A DNA stretch of 64,000 nt from contig NW_027191402.1 in assembly GCF_041146345.1 (NCBI RefSeq), positions 496,001 through 560,000 of the forward strand, given 5' to 3'. This document shows positions 24,480 to 36,050 of the stretch, piece after piece. The translations under genes were made by a program, and so were the position numbers. Within the stretch, counting starts at the first letter, position 1. Every line of letters begins with the position of its first letter. The stretch comes from Neodothiora populina. Lineage: Eukaryota. A model generated the notes under the pieces. The model saw only the letters and a list, made by a program, of their open reading frames with translations, was not told the origin of the DNA and made no database searches.

Positions 24480-26606
24480 TGTTGGGTATTGGAAAGAAGA
24501 ACAAAAATTTACAAAAGATCGATCATATGGGTATACATCTTCATCTCATATTGGTGAAGGTCGTCTGGAATCACCGGATCGCCCCAGATAGGAAGAAGAA
24601 GCCTACCTGAGAATGTGACTTCGACAAACGAATTCGAAGGTACACTGGTATCCTCTAATAAACAGCCTCTTCACGCAGACGGTATGATATCCAACGCGCA
24701 AAAGCTTTGTCTAAACCATTACCCAGCCATGATGAACGAATCTAGCCCGAATAGGCTAGTCTGACAGCGGATCCTGGAATCATCCGATTACAAGATCACC
24801 TTGTCACAAGATCTCTGCTTGCGACGGATAGTCATCTCAGGCCTCGGGATTGCGATGACCATGAGTAAAAGAAGTAGAAATGGATCGCGCCGCTGTGCTG
24901 TTCCTCGTATCGGTGCCTCAAGTACATGCGAGCGAAGTCTACCTCACCTTACAAAGTATTCATGTTTTCAAACTTTTGGAACTCTTGGGAATCGAAGTAC
25001 GATTAATCTGGGATAGATTGCATGATGGTGGATCTAGCCCAAAAAGGTTAAAGCTGGCATGTGGTGCTTTGGAAGACCATCGCGCGAGCACATCTTACCT
25101 TATCTTTCAGTTCGTGTGCTCTGTACCGCTCGTGATAGCCCCCTAGAGTTGATGCTCTGTATGATGAAATATAGGGATAGTATGGTGGAATAAGGTGATT
25201 AATTTCTTGCTTACCCCCTACATTGTAGAGGGGGAAGGCCTCAACTATTTACATTGACTACTCGAGTCCCAGCCCCCTTGTAGGCTTGCATAGCTCGAAT
25301 GCCTCGAGTAATTGTCTTCTCAACACTGTGAGAAATTAATAGCAGGTAGAGTGACTTGACTGGATCTGCGAGATGGAGCTATCTTCGGCGCTACGACTAT
25401 AATCATATCTATCAAAGACCACCTAGTCCTGGATCGATGCAGGCGATGCAAGGGAGGAAAGTTGTCTCACCTGATGTAAAGAAAGGTAATGCCCTACCCG
25501 TCTTAGTCACAAGTCTTGCTGTACAAGATTCCCCAGCGGGCGGCACAGCCACATATCCAGTAAAAAGTCATGTCTCCTTGCGCATATTCCTTGACTGAGT
25601 CATCGATTTCGATACCACGCAGGAAGCCCACTCCAGATAGGTGACGCCTTCCATTTAGTTCCGTATAAAAGCTTAGACAAAGCTCCAACCGGAGTGATCT
25701 GGAGTAGCATCGCATACAGCGCACATGTACGTAGTCCGGCGGCTATCTGAGCAGCTTAAAACTTGGCTATGATAGGCTTGGCTGTGATAGACCTCTCCGC
25801 GCGTGAGCGAGTAGACCAGGGTAGGCATTGTTCTGATGTCCCGGCTGATTGATTGTCTGTCTCGGATAATCTATCTAATCTCAGATTTCGTCTCCTTCTC
25901 TCCTTGTTTGCAATAGTATGGAGTTGCATATTGCTCATGCTTGGTTGATTTATTTCTTTTTCTTGTTCTGGTGATAAGATCGTGACCTGGTCTTCACATG
26001 GACTAATCAGCACTGCGGGGTTTGAGAGACTAGCCACTATCATTTGTGTTTCCTGAAAATAAGTTTCATTTAAGATCTTGAGATGGAAGAAGGCCCGTCG
26101 TCTTAATCAATAGACCCCCCGCCTGACGAACGCAAGTAGGCATCGCCAATTGATCAGATAAGTTTAATAATGGCGCATCCCTTTCTCTCGCTCAACATAT
26201 CTCGTGCCATGCATGTACTTGTATATTATCTTATTGTACAGGTGAGACATTTTCCTCGTGACTTTCGTATCCTTGCACTGCAAAATGCAGCAAGGCTGAC
26301 CACCCGCCCTAATGTACTTCCAGCCAACTTGTATTCCCCCCTCTCGCCCAGTATACGCGCTGAGCGATACCGACGATTCCCCTGCGCTGGATGTCCTTCT
26401 TGACGGGGTCGATTCGAGAGTGGCGATGGCGTTGTGACAAAGCGGAGATGCCTACGCATGATTTGCTGTAGTGCCGGAGCCTGGTACAGTCGAGAAGTCT
26501 AGATATACTCCGGTCCGAATGCAGACAAGGCTATCCGGTCAGTGTTTGTCTGTCGCAATACACCAGTAACGTATGCATGTATCTTGTTGACAGATACACC
26601 ACCGCC

Positions 26607-27710
26607 TTAGTAGTCGCCACTGCCGCCATGACCAACACCCCCGTAGGGAAAATCTGATGTCGCTTCTTGCGGCTCCATTGCGCCACCGAGAACGCCATGT
26701 CCTCCAGCATCGTATGGCGGCGAAGTGCTGACCGTGTTGGCACCACCACCGGCGCCTGATTGACGTGGCTGTTCGCCTCTGGCAACGAGAGTCTGGTGGT
26801 ACTGTTAGTAAAAGCGTGTCTTTCGTTGTCATCACTCCTAGAGTTTCTTTACTTCTCTGTATCGCGCCAGGTAGATCTTCAGGGCTTCGGCATAATTCTC
26901 GAATCCGAGGGATGTCATGGCGAATAGAATGTCTTCGCCATTGACCGTCTTCCTTTTCTCCTGTTGACATTTCTCTGAGGCTGAAATCGTTGGAAAGAAC
27001 GAATTAGCCGCGTGGTCGTGACGCGATCAGTCAGCGCGTCGAGTCACTCCTCTCCTGGGCTTACCTTCACTTGTGATGAACGATATGAACTCGCTCACGC
27101 ATTCTTGCATGCATTCTTTGGCTTCTTTAGCGATTTTGGCATTGTCTGGCAGGGCGCCTTTCATAATCCTCGCCACTGGAGCAAAATTGCGAATATTAGC
27201 ATCGGAGGTTGATTCATTGCTCCCAGCGCGAGCGCGCTGCGGCTGTGGACGAGACGGTTGCGGGGACTCAGAGGAGGAGGACATTATTATCGCCAGCCGA
27301 CCTGTCAGGAATATGGCCGCAGATCGAGGGCTGGCAGGAGCTACTCTGATTCGACGAATGACAACAAGTGATACGCGCGGTTGAGCTGTATAAGTGGAGG
27401 TGAGGGCGATACCGGGGACGAAATTCGTCGACATGCATGTGGTCGCGCAAAGGGCGCACAACAAGGAAGCAATGGGGCATGGGTGACGGCCGCACCATGG
27501 GTCAATACAGCAAATGAAACATGCGATCCACATACCGTTTGCAATGGGTAACCACCGATCCTGTTCCTTGACTTCGAACTGGTCCCCAAGTTCGAGGTGA
27601 CCGGCGTTCATGTCTTGGAGTTCATTCTCGTCAGGCGACTGCTGAGCTTCTGCTGTTGAATTTGATGTCGCCGGCTCCTGAACTTCAGCTGCTCGAGGAC
27701 TTTCCGACAT
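26607..27710 (-). CDS. HAP3: CCAAT-binding complex subunit Hap3/HapC (NF-YB histone fold)
   Basis: [71 protein letters not shown]. Introns 27176..27535, 26981..27064, 26793..26852. Confidence 0.95.
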
Positions 27711-29278
27711 ATTGTATGCGGCGACTTGCAGTCCAAGAGCCCCACTCACGGCTCTGACTGCTATGCGCTGGCAATTGATTCGCTGGCCAGCCACGTCAGT
27801 ATTAAGATCCTGCAACCCAAGACGCAAGAGCGGGCCTTGTGCGACTATGCCGGGGACCACAGTCTGCAAGGCACGGGGATACTGACCGGATTTCCAAATG
27901 CTCAAGCGACAGTGTAACGCGTCACTCTGTCGCGTTCCTTGACTGACCAACTATCGGAGTCAGTAATGCGACAATATTTATGGTTCATACAACATTTCCC
28001 GCGGTATCGTGACGCGAGCTGTGTTGGCAAAGGTGGGCTGCGCCGCGACAGCCCATGGTTGAGTACCTACGGTGGATCTACTTTTGTGTGGAAGCTTGCC
28101 GAGTCCTGATGCGCAATGGCAAACCGCAGGGGTTCGGAGAGTATGCAGCAGTATGGTCGAAAACGATGATGCCCGATGACTCTGCGACGCAGCGCGATGC
28201 AATCAGTGACGACAGGATGGCACCTGGGACAGCAAGTGCTACACGATGGCGGCGTATATTCAGGGATCGCAAACCAACGCGAATGGACTGAACTCGTTAG
28301 TGATTGGGTATTGATGGATTGTTGCAGAGTCAAGGGCTCCCATCAAGGTACGGCTCAGCGCATATAAGTCGGACTAGGTACAGCAAGCAATACACCACGC
28401 TAAGCTTAATCGTGGTCGCCTTACTGAACCTACTGTAACGTGCAGTGCAGTGCGCTTTATACTGGAGGGTAGCACACTGACGCTGCACAGACCCTGATGA
28501 TCCAGGGACAGTCGCTGTGCGGCAACAAGCGGGGTACCAAGCCGCAGGGCAACAATTAAGCCGATACTGGACGGACGTGGAGAAGTGCCTTCATATGATA
28601 GGTACCTTTCGCTTCTCGACATATCAGATCATTTCCAGCAACCTCACTCTAACATCAGAGCGTTTCACTTCGCAGGAGTATGTCTTCGAGAAGTATGCGT
28701 AGCTGCAAGACCACATGCGTGACATGATCATGAGCCTTCGAAGAAGCTGTAGCATCCATGTTGCTGTGGAATGGCTGGGTGAGCATGACCAAGCAGGCTG
28801 TACATCCGACCCAGAAGAAATAAGAACAACGCCTCGTGCTGAGTTCACTATCTACCTAAATTTTCCAAGCAGCTCAGCAACATACGTATGCGCGTGTCTG
28901 CCTTCATCATGGATGTAGATAATATACACGTAGCTTCACCTACTATGGCCAGCGGGAAGCATATCATCCCTATTCATATAACTAGATTCCAATACGGGCC
29001 TCGGATGCAGCGCGAATCACTCCATGACTCTGGATGCCCGGTCAAGCTGCCAGCTGTGCATGTTCCGTGTTGGATTTCAGGCTTCCACTGAGCTATCGGG
29101 TTGGGTCACAGCGATAAGCGCTGGGACTGCTCTAGAGTAGCGCTTACACAATCACATGATTGAGGGTAGGCAATGTGAAATGCTTGAATCAATATCGTAA
29201 CTTTGGCAAGTTCTGTGGTCAAATTGAGTCCTAGAGACGCATGAAACTTCCAGGAATGGCCTGATATCGATTCATAGA

Positions 29279-29948
29279 TCATTGCTGTACCACTTGAATC
29301 TTGTTTTGTTTCTGCCGAGCAAAGATTAGCAAGAATTTGAACCTCTGACGGGTAAGATAGCCAACCTTCCACTTTTCGAGCTCCTCTTGTTTGGCAGTGT
29401 ACTGCTTGAGGAGGTCGTCTAGCACCTTCTTCAGGCCGTCGGCGTTGGTAGTGAGTTGAGGCATAACATCCTTGACCGTCCTTTCCACTAGAACGCCGTT
29501 GATCATGCGAAAACATTTCCTCTCGCCTGGTAACGGCGCTAATGTGTCTATCACCAACCTAGTAGAAAGTCAGTCTGGTGGACTGAAGCGCCGCATAGTT
29601 TCAAATCAGTGCATCGTATAAGTGTTCGACACCTCTAACACAGGAGAATGTAATGGGCGAAACCAAAGGAGGAATTGAAGAAGGACAACAGTACGACCTT
29701 CAGCATGATTCTATGTCATTGCTAAGGACATATTGGGAGACTAGCATTTGAGAAAGTACTTACTTGTGTTCTTCAGTCTCTTGTTCTACATCTCCAATCT
29801 TTTGTGCGATCGCTTGGAGAGTTTCCTTGTAATTTGTGTATTGCGCCTGCAGCTCTAATTTTTTTTTCGATCAGCAAAAGAATGTCCTAGGTGCACAAGA
29901 TACTGCGAGCATACCTTGCTGCTTTCTTGCAGATACTTGTGCCGTCAT
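29279..29948 (-). CDS. GIM4: Prefoldin subunit 2
   Basis: AQKIGDVEQETEEHK|LVIDTL..RKCFRMINGVLVERTVKDV. Introns 29855..29914, 29559..29763, 29312..29365. Confidence 0.92.
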
Positions 29949-30341
29949 GATGGTATTATTATAAGAGACGACGTATCTTGTTATCTATGGCTGTTCTGTA
30001 CTTCAAAGCACCACACACATGTGAAAGCCGTATTCTCAGGAAGGGGGGCGGACTCTCCATCAATCACGCTAAGATAAGATCGAGGTGCGAATCCAATCGC
30101 GCCCGGAAATCGCTTGATCCGGAGACTCGCCGCCAATTATCGTACAAACTGTATATACATTTGCCTCCGGCAGTCGGCTCACTAGAACATACACACCGCA
30201 ATAGAAGTGACTTCTCAAGACGCACACTGCAGCAACGGTCTGAATCCTGAGACCCATTCGACGACACCGAAAAGAACATCATCGTCCACTACCAAGCTCG
30301 ACTACATCTACCAAACCTACTATTCATAAAACCCGCCCATC

Positions 30342-30673
30342 ATGCATCCCCATCTACACACAAAAGACAACACAAGTCAGTCCGCTCTCTCCCCTTCCCT
30401 CTACCCTCTCCCCTCCTCCCACATCCGCTCAAAATCCACCTCTTTTCTAACACAAAACCCCCAGACTGCGAAGAAATCATGACAGCACTAGACGAATGCC
30501 ACGCGCGCGGCTTCCTGTGGAAATCAATGGGCATGTGCACAAACGTCAAGTACCAAGTTACGCTATGCCTGCGCGGCGAGCGTCTGGCGCGGACGCGAGA
30601 GAATCGCGAAAAGGCAAAGGAAAAGAGGGCTAAGGTCGAGCAGAAGTGGGCTGAGATTGAGGCCAATTCGTGA
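30342..30673 (+). CDS. CMC2: COX assembly mitochondrial protein 2 (twin CX9C)
   Basis: MHPHLHTKDN..CEEIMTALDECHARGFL..GMCTNVKYQVTLCLRGER; intron 30376..30464. Confidence 0.88.
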
Positions 30674-30990
30674 TTGGGGGTTCGTAGAGGGAGTCTTTGC
30701 TCAAGGAAAAAGAGATGAGATGGCGCTTCTGGATTGTATTTGGGATGGGAGCAAGGCGCAAGGCGTTGTTTTGGCGACGATCGAGTTTCAGGAAAGAAAA
30801 GAAGGGCATGATTTTCTCTGGCTCGTGAGAGCATCACTGGCTCTCAGACCGAGTTGATCAAGTCACAGAGATATATTCCTTCAGTATCAAATAATCTCCG
30901 CTCTTAATCGAGTGTAAGAGTACAAGTCTAAGGTTGCTTTCTCTACTTGCAGTATCCCTCGCTGGAACCAAGTTGACCAATTGGACTGGG

Positions 30991-32361
30991 TCATAATTCA
31001 GCACCACTTGCAGTGGCAGGCTGTCCTCCTTCGATTTGCCCTGTTGCAACAGGAACTTGACCATTGTCAACCTGCATGGCATTCCCATTCTGGTCCTCTC
31101 GGCGGAGTTGTACCTCCTGCCTGAGCTGCGCATACTTCTCTCCAGTCTCTTTGAGTGCTGCCTGAACCCGTACCTCCTGTTCCCCAATACTCGATTTCTC
31201 TGCTACCAATCGTTGCATCTCTTGTGCTTTGGCCTTATGTTGCATTTCCATCTCCTCTAGCCTTTTGCGTAAACGTTCGACGACAGTTTCCAAGCTCGAC
31301 AACGGGGCTATTCTCGGCGGCGTTTGTGGCCGAGCGGTATCTTGATCCTGGTCGTCCTTTGTCGCATAAGTTCCATGGCGAGTTTGAGCTATCTCAAATG
31401 CAGCGTTGCGCTCGGCCTCGCTATCATCGTCGTCTGTGGAGTCTTGTGCATTGTCACGCTCGGCGTCGGCTATCATCGCGGCCATCTCGGCCTTGCGACT
31501 TTTTGCTGCGTCCTTTTCTGCGGCTTTGCTGAAGGCCAGCTTGCCGTCGGTAGTGAAGTCGTCGAATCCCTCAAGCAGGTCCTCATCATCTCGTGTTAAT
31601 CGCGTCTCGGCGTATTTCTCTTTCGGTTTGAGGATGAGCCGACCCAGCTGGTCTCGGGTAACATTTTCGTCCAGGTCGTCTTCGTCATTGTCCTCTTGGG
31701 CACTGTCACCGTCCAGCGCCATGAAGTCTGGCTCCTTGGCCATCCGCGCCCTTCGCAATTTCTTCTCCAGAATCTCCGCATGGGTGGGAATTATAGTAGG
31801 TGGTTGGTAGTTTGATAGTGCCTGACTTGGATCGCGAATCTCCAAGGCAGAGCTCTGATCGAGATCCTGGACAGCACGGAACGAGGAATCCTTGGGTGTG
31901 CTCGGCGTACTTTGCTTCAGTTCGTTCAAGTAGTCTTTACTGTAGGTTCGTGGGCGGTCGCTAGCGACGGCGGGTGATGGCTCGACATTGCGTTGCAACG
32001 CTACTCGCGCATGAGCAAGTTTCCTGTGGAGAGAAGGAGTAGAGATGTCCCCGGCTTCCTCATTCGAGGAGGGAGCGAATGAAGTGCGCAGCGCAGTGGA
32101 TCTGCGACTCTTGTTTGCCGGACGCTTCACGGCCGAAGAAGGCTGGACTAATCAGAGTGTCAGCAGGCTGCAGGAGGGAAACGATTGTCAGAACAAAGAC
32201 TGCAAAAGTTCTGCGGGCAGTGAAAATTACTCACCTGGCGCAGGTTGTATATCTGACGCGATGGTGCTGTCTGATGGAGTTGGCGGGGCTCCCACTGCAT
32301 CATCATCGTCGTCTCGGCCAATCTTGCGCGGTATGCGCCGCGCCGCAAAAGACTTCTTCAT
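30991..32361 (-). CDS. NTR2: Nineteen complex-related protein 2 (spliceosome disassembly factor)
   Basis: YSKDYLNELKQSTPSTP, IPTHAEILEKKLRRARMA, ETRLTRDDEDLLEGFDDF and a C-terminal coiled coil; intron 32148..32234. Confidence 0.75.
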
Positions 32362-33085
32362 GACGGTTTATTAGATAGACGAGCACTTGAGTGAATGCTT
32401 CGTACAAAGAGGTGAGTTTCAAGCAGGCGTGAGTGGCGAGAAATCATGATATGTGGGTTGCAGAAAGGGTTACGATGCAGCACTCATCCATATGGAATGG
32501 TATCTAGGAGACCATATTTACGCGAAGTCTCATGTACGCATAAAATAGTCAGTCGAAAGGCCTTGATCATACGAAGACCAAGACTAGATGGAACTGCTCA
32601 GTCGTATGATGCAGCAATACATGAAGGCTTGGTATATTCACGCGAGATTAGCACCGACTAGAGGTGTGCGTGACTTCCTTCTTTAACAATAAAGGTATTG
32701 CGCTTGCTACACTAAGGTACTGTACAGTACTACACCCTTATATTTGGAAGGTGCTTCAAATGCTTATTCTGAGAGGGGTGACGTGTTGCACGAGTACATG
32801 AGAGACTTTAGCAGTAGTCTGAATCACAGCCATAGCCATTGTTGCGGTGAAGTCTTCCGAATAAGGTACTTGCCCTAATCAACTGCACCTTGCTGTAATT
32901 ATTACCCTAATCTGCGCTGGATCATCTAAAAGCTTCAAGCTGGGTCGACTTCGAGGTTAGACGCAACGCGCAGTTATTGATACAATCTCCCATCAAGTGC
33001 TTCGCAATACAAGTCGACACAGCACACTCTGTATTATACACGACCATTTCTCTCATCGAATCGACCCCGCGCAGACCTGTGCAAT

Positions 33086-33561
33086 ATGCCTCAAGCGCAA
33101 CCCGAGCTCAAGAAGGTCAGCTACGCCCGTCTTGTCACATATTGAAAGACATCGCAGCATTTGCGCATGACACGAGCTAGATCAAATCGCTGACATTAGG
33201 TCTATAGTATCTTGACCGCCGCCTTTTCGTGCAGCTGAATGGAAGCCGCAAAGTCATTGGTGTGCTGCGTGGATACGATGTGCGTGGAGCGCTTCCACTT
33301 GTGATGACCTTTCGCATTTTGGACTGACCGATACATATAGGTTTTCCTCAACATCGTGCTCGACGATGCCGTAGAGGAGAAGGCGAATGGCGAGAAGATC
33401 AGAATCGGTCAAATTGTACGACACTTTTCATTCTTTTGCGCGATCGACATTGGCAACCTGGAACATTTACTAATTGAACTCGTTCCCAGGTCATTCGAGG
33501 CAACTCTGTCGTGATGCTAGAAGCTCTGGAGCGCATGCACGATCCTGACAGGAACCGATGA
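33086..33561 (+). CDS. SMX2: Small nuclear ribonucleoprotein SmG
   Basis: Absent from the ORF track. MPQAQPELKK|YLDRRLFVQLNGSRKVIGVLRGYD|VFLNIVLDDAVEE..GQI|VIRGNSVVMLEALER. Introns 33116..33207, 33280..33340, 33416..33489. Confidence 0.93.
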
Positions 33562-33936
33562 AGCCTCTGAGCGCGCTTTCTTTTTCTGCAATACACACTC
33601 GTCGTTCGATGCATCGAATCATGGCTCACAGCCGGTAGCCAAGTCCACTGGATCTGGTCAACGAACAGCCCACAGACATGATACATCGGGCTCTTACATA
33701 TCTACAACCACACGCGCACACGGCTGACAGTCCTGGGAGGGCCGAAAGATGCCGGCGCAATAGGCGTTATTGGCGGTCAAAAAATGCTGGTGCGCATTGA
33801 ACAGAAGTCAGGCGATCCTCGTTACGATACCTCTATATATTTCTCTGCATCGGAAATGAAATACACAAAAAGCTTCATCTCAAGATTATCGAACCGCCTC
33901 GATCGGCAGCGACCGCTTCATGACTCATTATCAGAG

Positions 33937-35245
33937 CTACAACTTAGATTTTCCAGCATGCCGTTCTCGGCTTTGCCGCTGACAACTCTGGACTAGATCC
34001 CAAGCTACCGTTGCAAAGGGGCGCATCTGCACCGCGTAGTCCAGTGCCCGCTCGCTGCTTGCCTGCCTGAGTGCATACCTCGCTGCTATTCCCTGCATGA
34101 TTATGCTGCCACGGTAGATGCCGAATGCCTCTCCCCATGTGAATTCGGGTTTAGGATCCCAACCCGCCACATCACTGTACCATTGTAAGCATTGTTCTTT
34201 CGTTGGCAGCCCCGGGGTGCGCTCTGGCAAGAAATCTTCGCTGCCCCGTCCAATCGATCGTGCTGTGCTCGAGTTCGCTGTCGTGAAAGGTGTGAGAAGG
34301 TTAGAGAGGTCAGATAACGGATGACCTATGGTTGACATTTCCCAGCTTTTGTTCTTGTTAGTAGGTCGGAGAGGAGATGGTTTCATATTTTACTCACTCT
34401 AATATGCCAATCACTCTTGGCTCTGTCTTGTGGAATACAACATTGTCAATCTTGTAGTCGCCATGCACAAAAGTGCTGCGGTCCTTAGGCTGGCTCTGCT
34501 TGTCCCCGAAGAAGGCTACCATGTCGTCGTAATGGGGTATCTTTCCGACCGGCTCGTTCGTCTCGACGTCCACTGCGCTCGCTTGTGCGTTGGATATTGT
34601 CTTGAACGTCGCAAGCTGGCGATCATAGAAGTTCTTGTCCTTGCCGAAGGTCGCAAGATTGACCAAAGACGGGGAGATGCGATGGAACTTTGCGAGGGTT
34701 GTCACCGCGGAACGCCACCTTGAAACCAGTCAACATCTCCCATGAGTAGAGCGCTACCAGAGCCATAGACGTACATCTTGGTTCTATCCTCAGGGCTCAC
34801 TTCCGGCAACTTGGGGTCCTCGATGATCCTCCCATCGAGAAACTCCATGATGTAGAATGGCGTACCAACAACCGAGTCATCTTCACATAAGCCGTATGTC
34901 TTTGGCACCGGCACATCTGTACTCTGCAGCGCATGCAGGATGCGATACTCGCGATCAACTTTGTGCGCCGTCTTGGAGATCAATTTGCCTGGCGGCTTTT
35001 TACGCAGCACGTATCTCTGCTTGGTGGCAGAGGTCAAGAGGTACGTGGGATTCGATTGGCCATAGCCAAACTAAGGAAAAAGGGAAAGAATGCATCAGCC
35101 ATCACTATGTCATACAAAGTGAAACATTCTGTGGGCGAGTGCTCACCTGCTTCACGTCCAACGGAGTCTTGATTTCGGGCAAGTTCGTATCAATGTAGTG
35201 CTCCAGAGACTTAACATCTATCGGTTGTCGTACAGCGCCAGCCAT
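33937..35245 (-). CDS. APH/choline kinase-fold phosphotransferase (ACAD10/11 N-terminal-like) with C-terminal PTS1 SKL
   Basis: [57 protein letters not shown]; three introns; ends GKSKL*. Confidence 0.88.
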
Positions 35246-35497
35246 ATTCACGAGTGATTATCTACAATGCAGCGGCAGAGGATACACGATCAACGAAGGA
35301 GTCTTTTCGTATCCCAGTCCAGACATGCGTCCCAGGCAATATAACAGTACATGCGTTGGTGAGATACTAAATACCATATACCCGTAATACCGCTAACCCC
35401 ATGTTCGGAGGGTGTGGGGTAAGATGCCTCGGTCCCCTCTGCTCTTTCTGGGTAAGGCACTTTTACTTGCGCTGAGCCGCCGCCGAGGCATACTCAT

Positions 35498-35512
35498 GGG
35501 GGGGGGGGGGGG
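35498..35512 (+). repeat. Poly(G)15 tract
   Basis: Direct read, in the divergent intergenic region. Confidence 0.9.
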
Positions 35513-36050
35513 TGACTTGAGGTGCAGAACCGGAGGAGGAACTCAGTCGACATGTACGCTCCTTCCGCGTAAAGCCTGATACATTCATATACTGAACACA
35601 GACGCTGAGATGTCCAAATTTCATCGGGGAGCTGGTTCCGCAGTACTATCAAGTAGATAGAGTGGGATTCGAGCATCGGTCGGCCAGGCACAGATCAACT
35701 CAAAGTCGGGCTCTCCATGGCACGTGACACCAAGATGGCGATCAACAATAGCCCTCTTTATGCAGGTTTGTACAAGGGTAACAATTATGCGTGGTCTGTT
35801 TACCCTGCAACATTTGAGAATAACATTCAACGGGTATCTCGCCACAAGTTTTAGAAAAGTGGTGAACGAACGAGTCGTGCTGCCTTGCATCTATATCTCT
35901 CTCTATACAAGAAGTGCATCTGTGCAGATACGAGCATCTCTATATCCCACAGATTGGAATACTTGTACCCTTAATATACTGGACTTATACTGACAGGTCT
36001 TCGAGAAGCCCCGAGACCTGACGTACATGTTAATATAGTGGGCGGCAAGA

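Noticed and set aside
24684..24764. ATGATGA...hairpin...CTGA resembling a C/D snoRNA
   Set aside because: No good upstream C box and no recognisable rRNA guide adjacent to a D or D' box.
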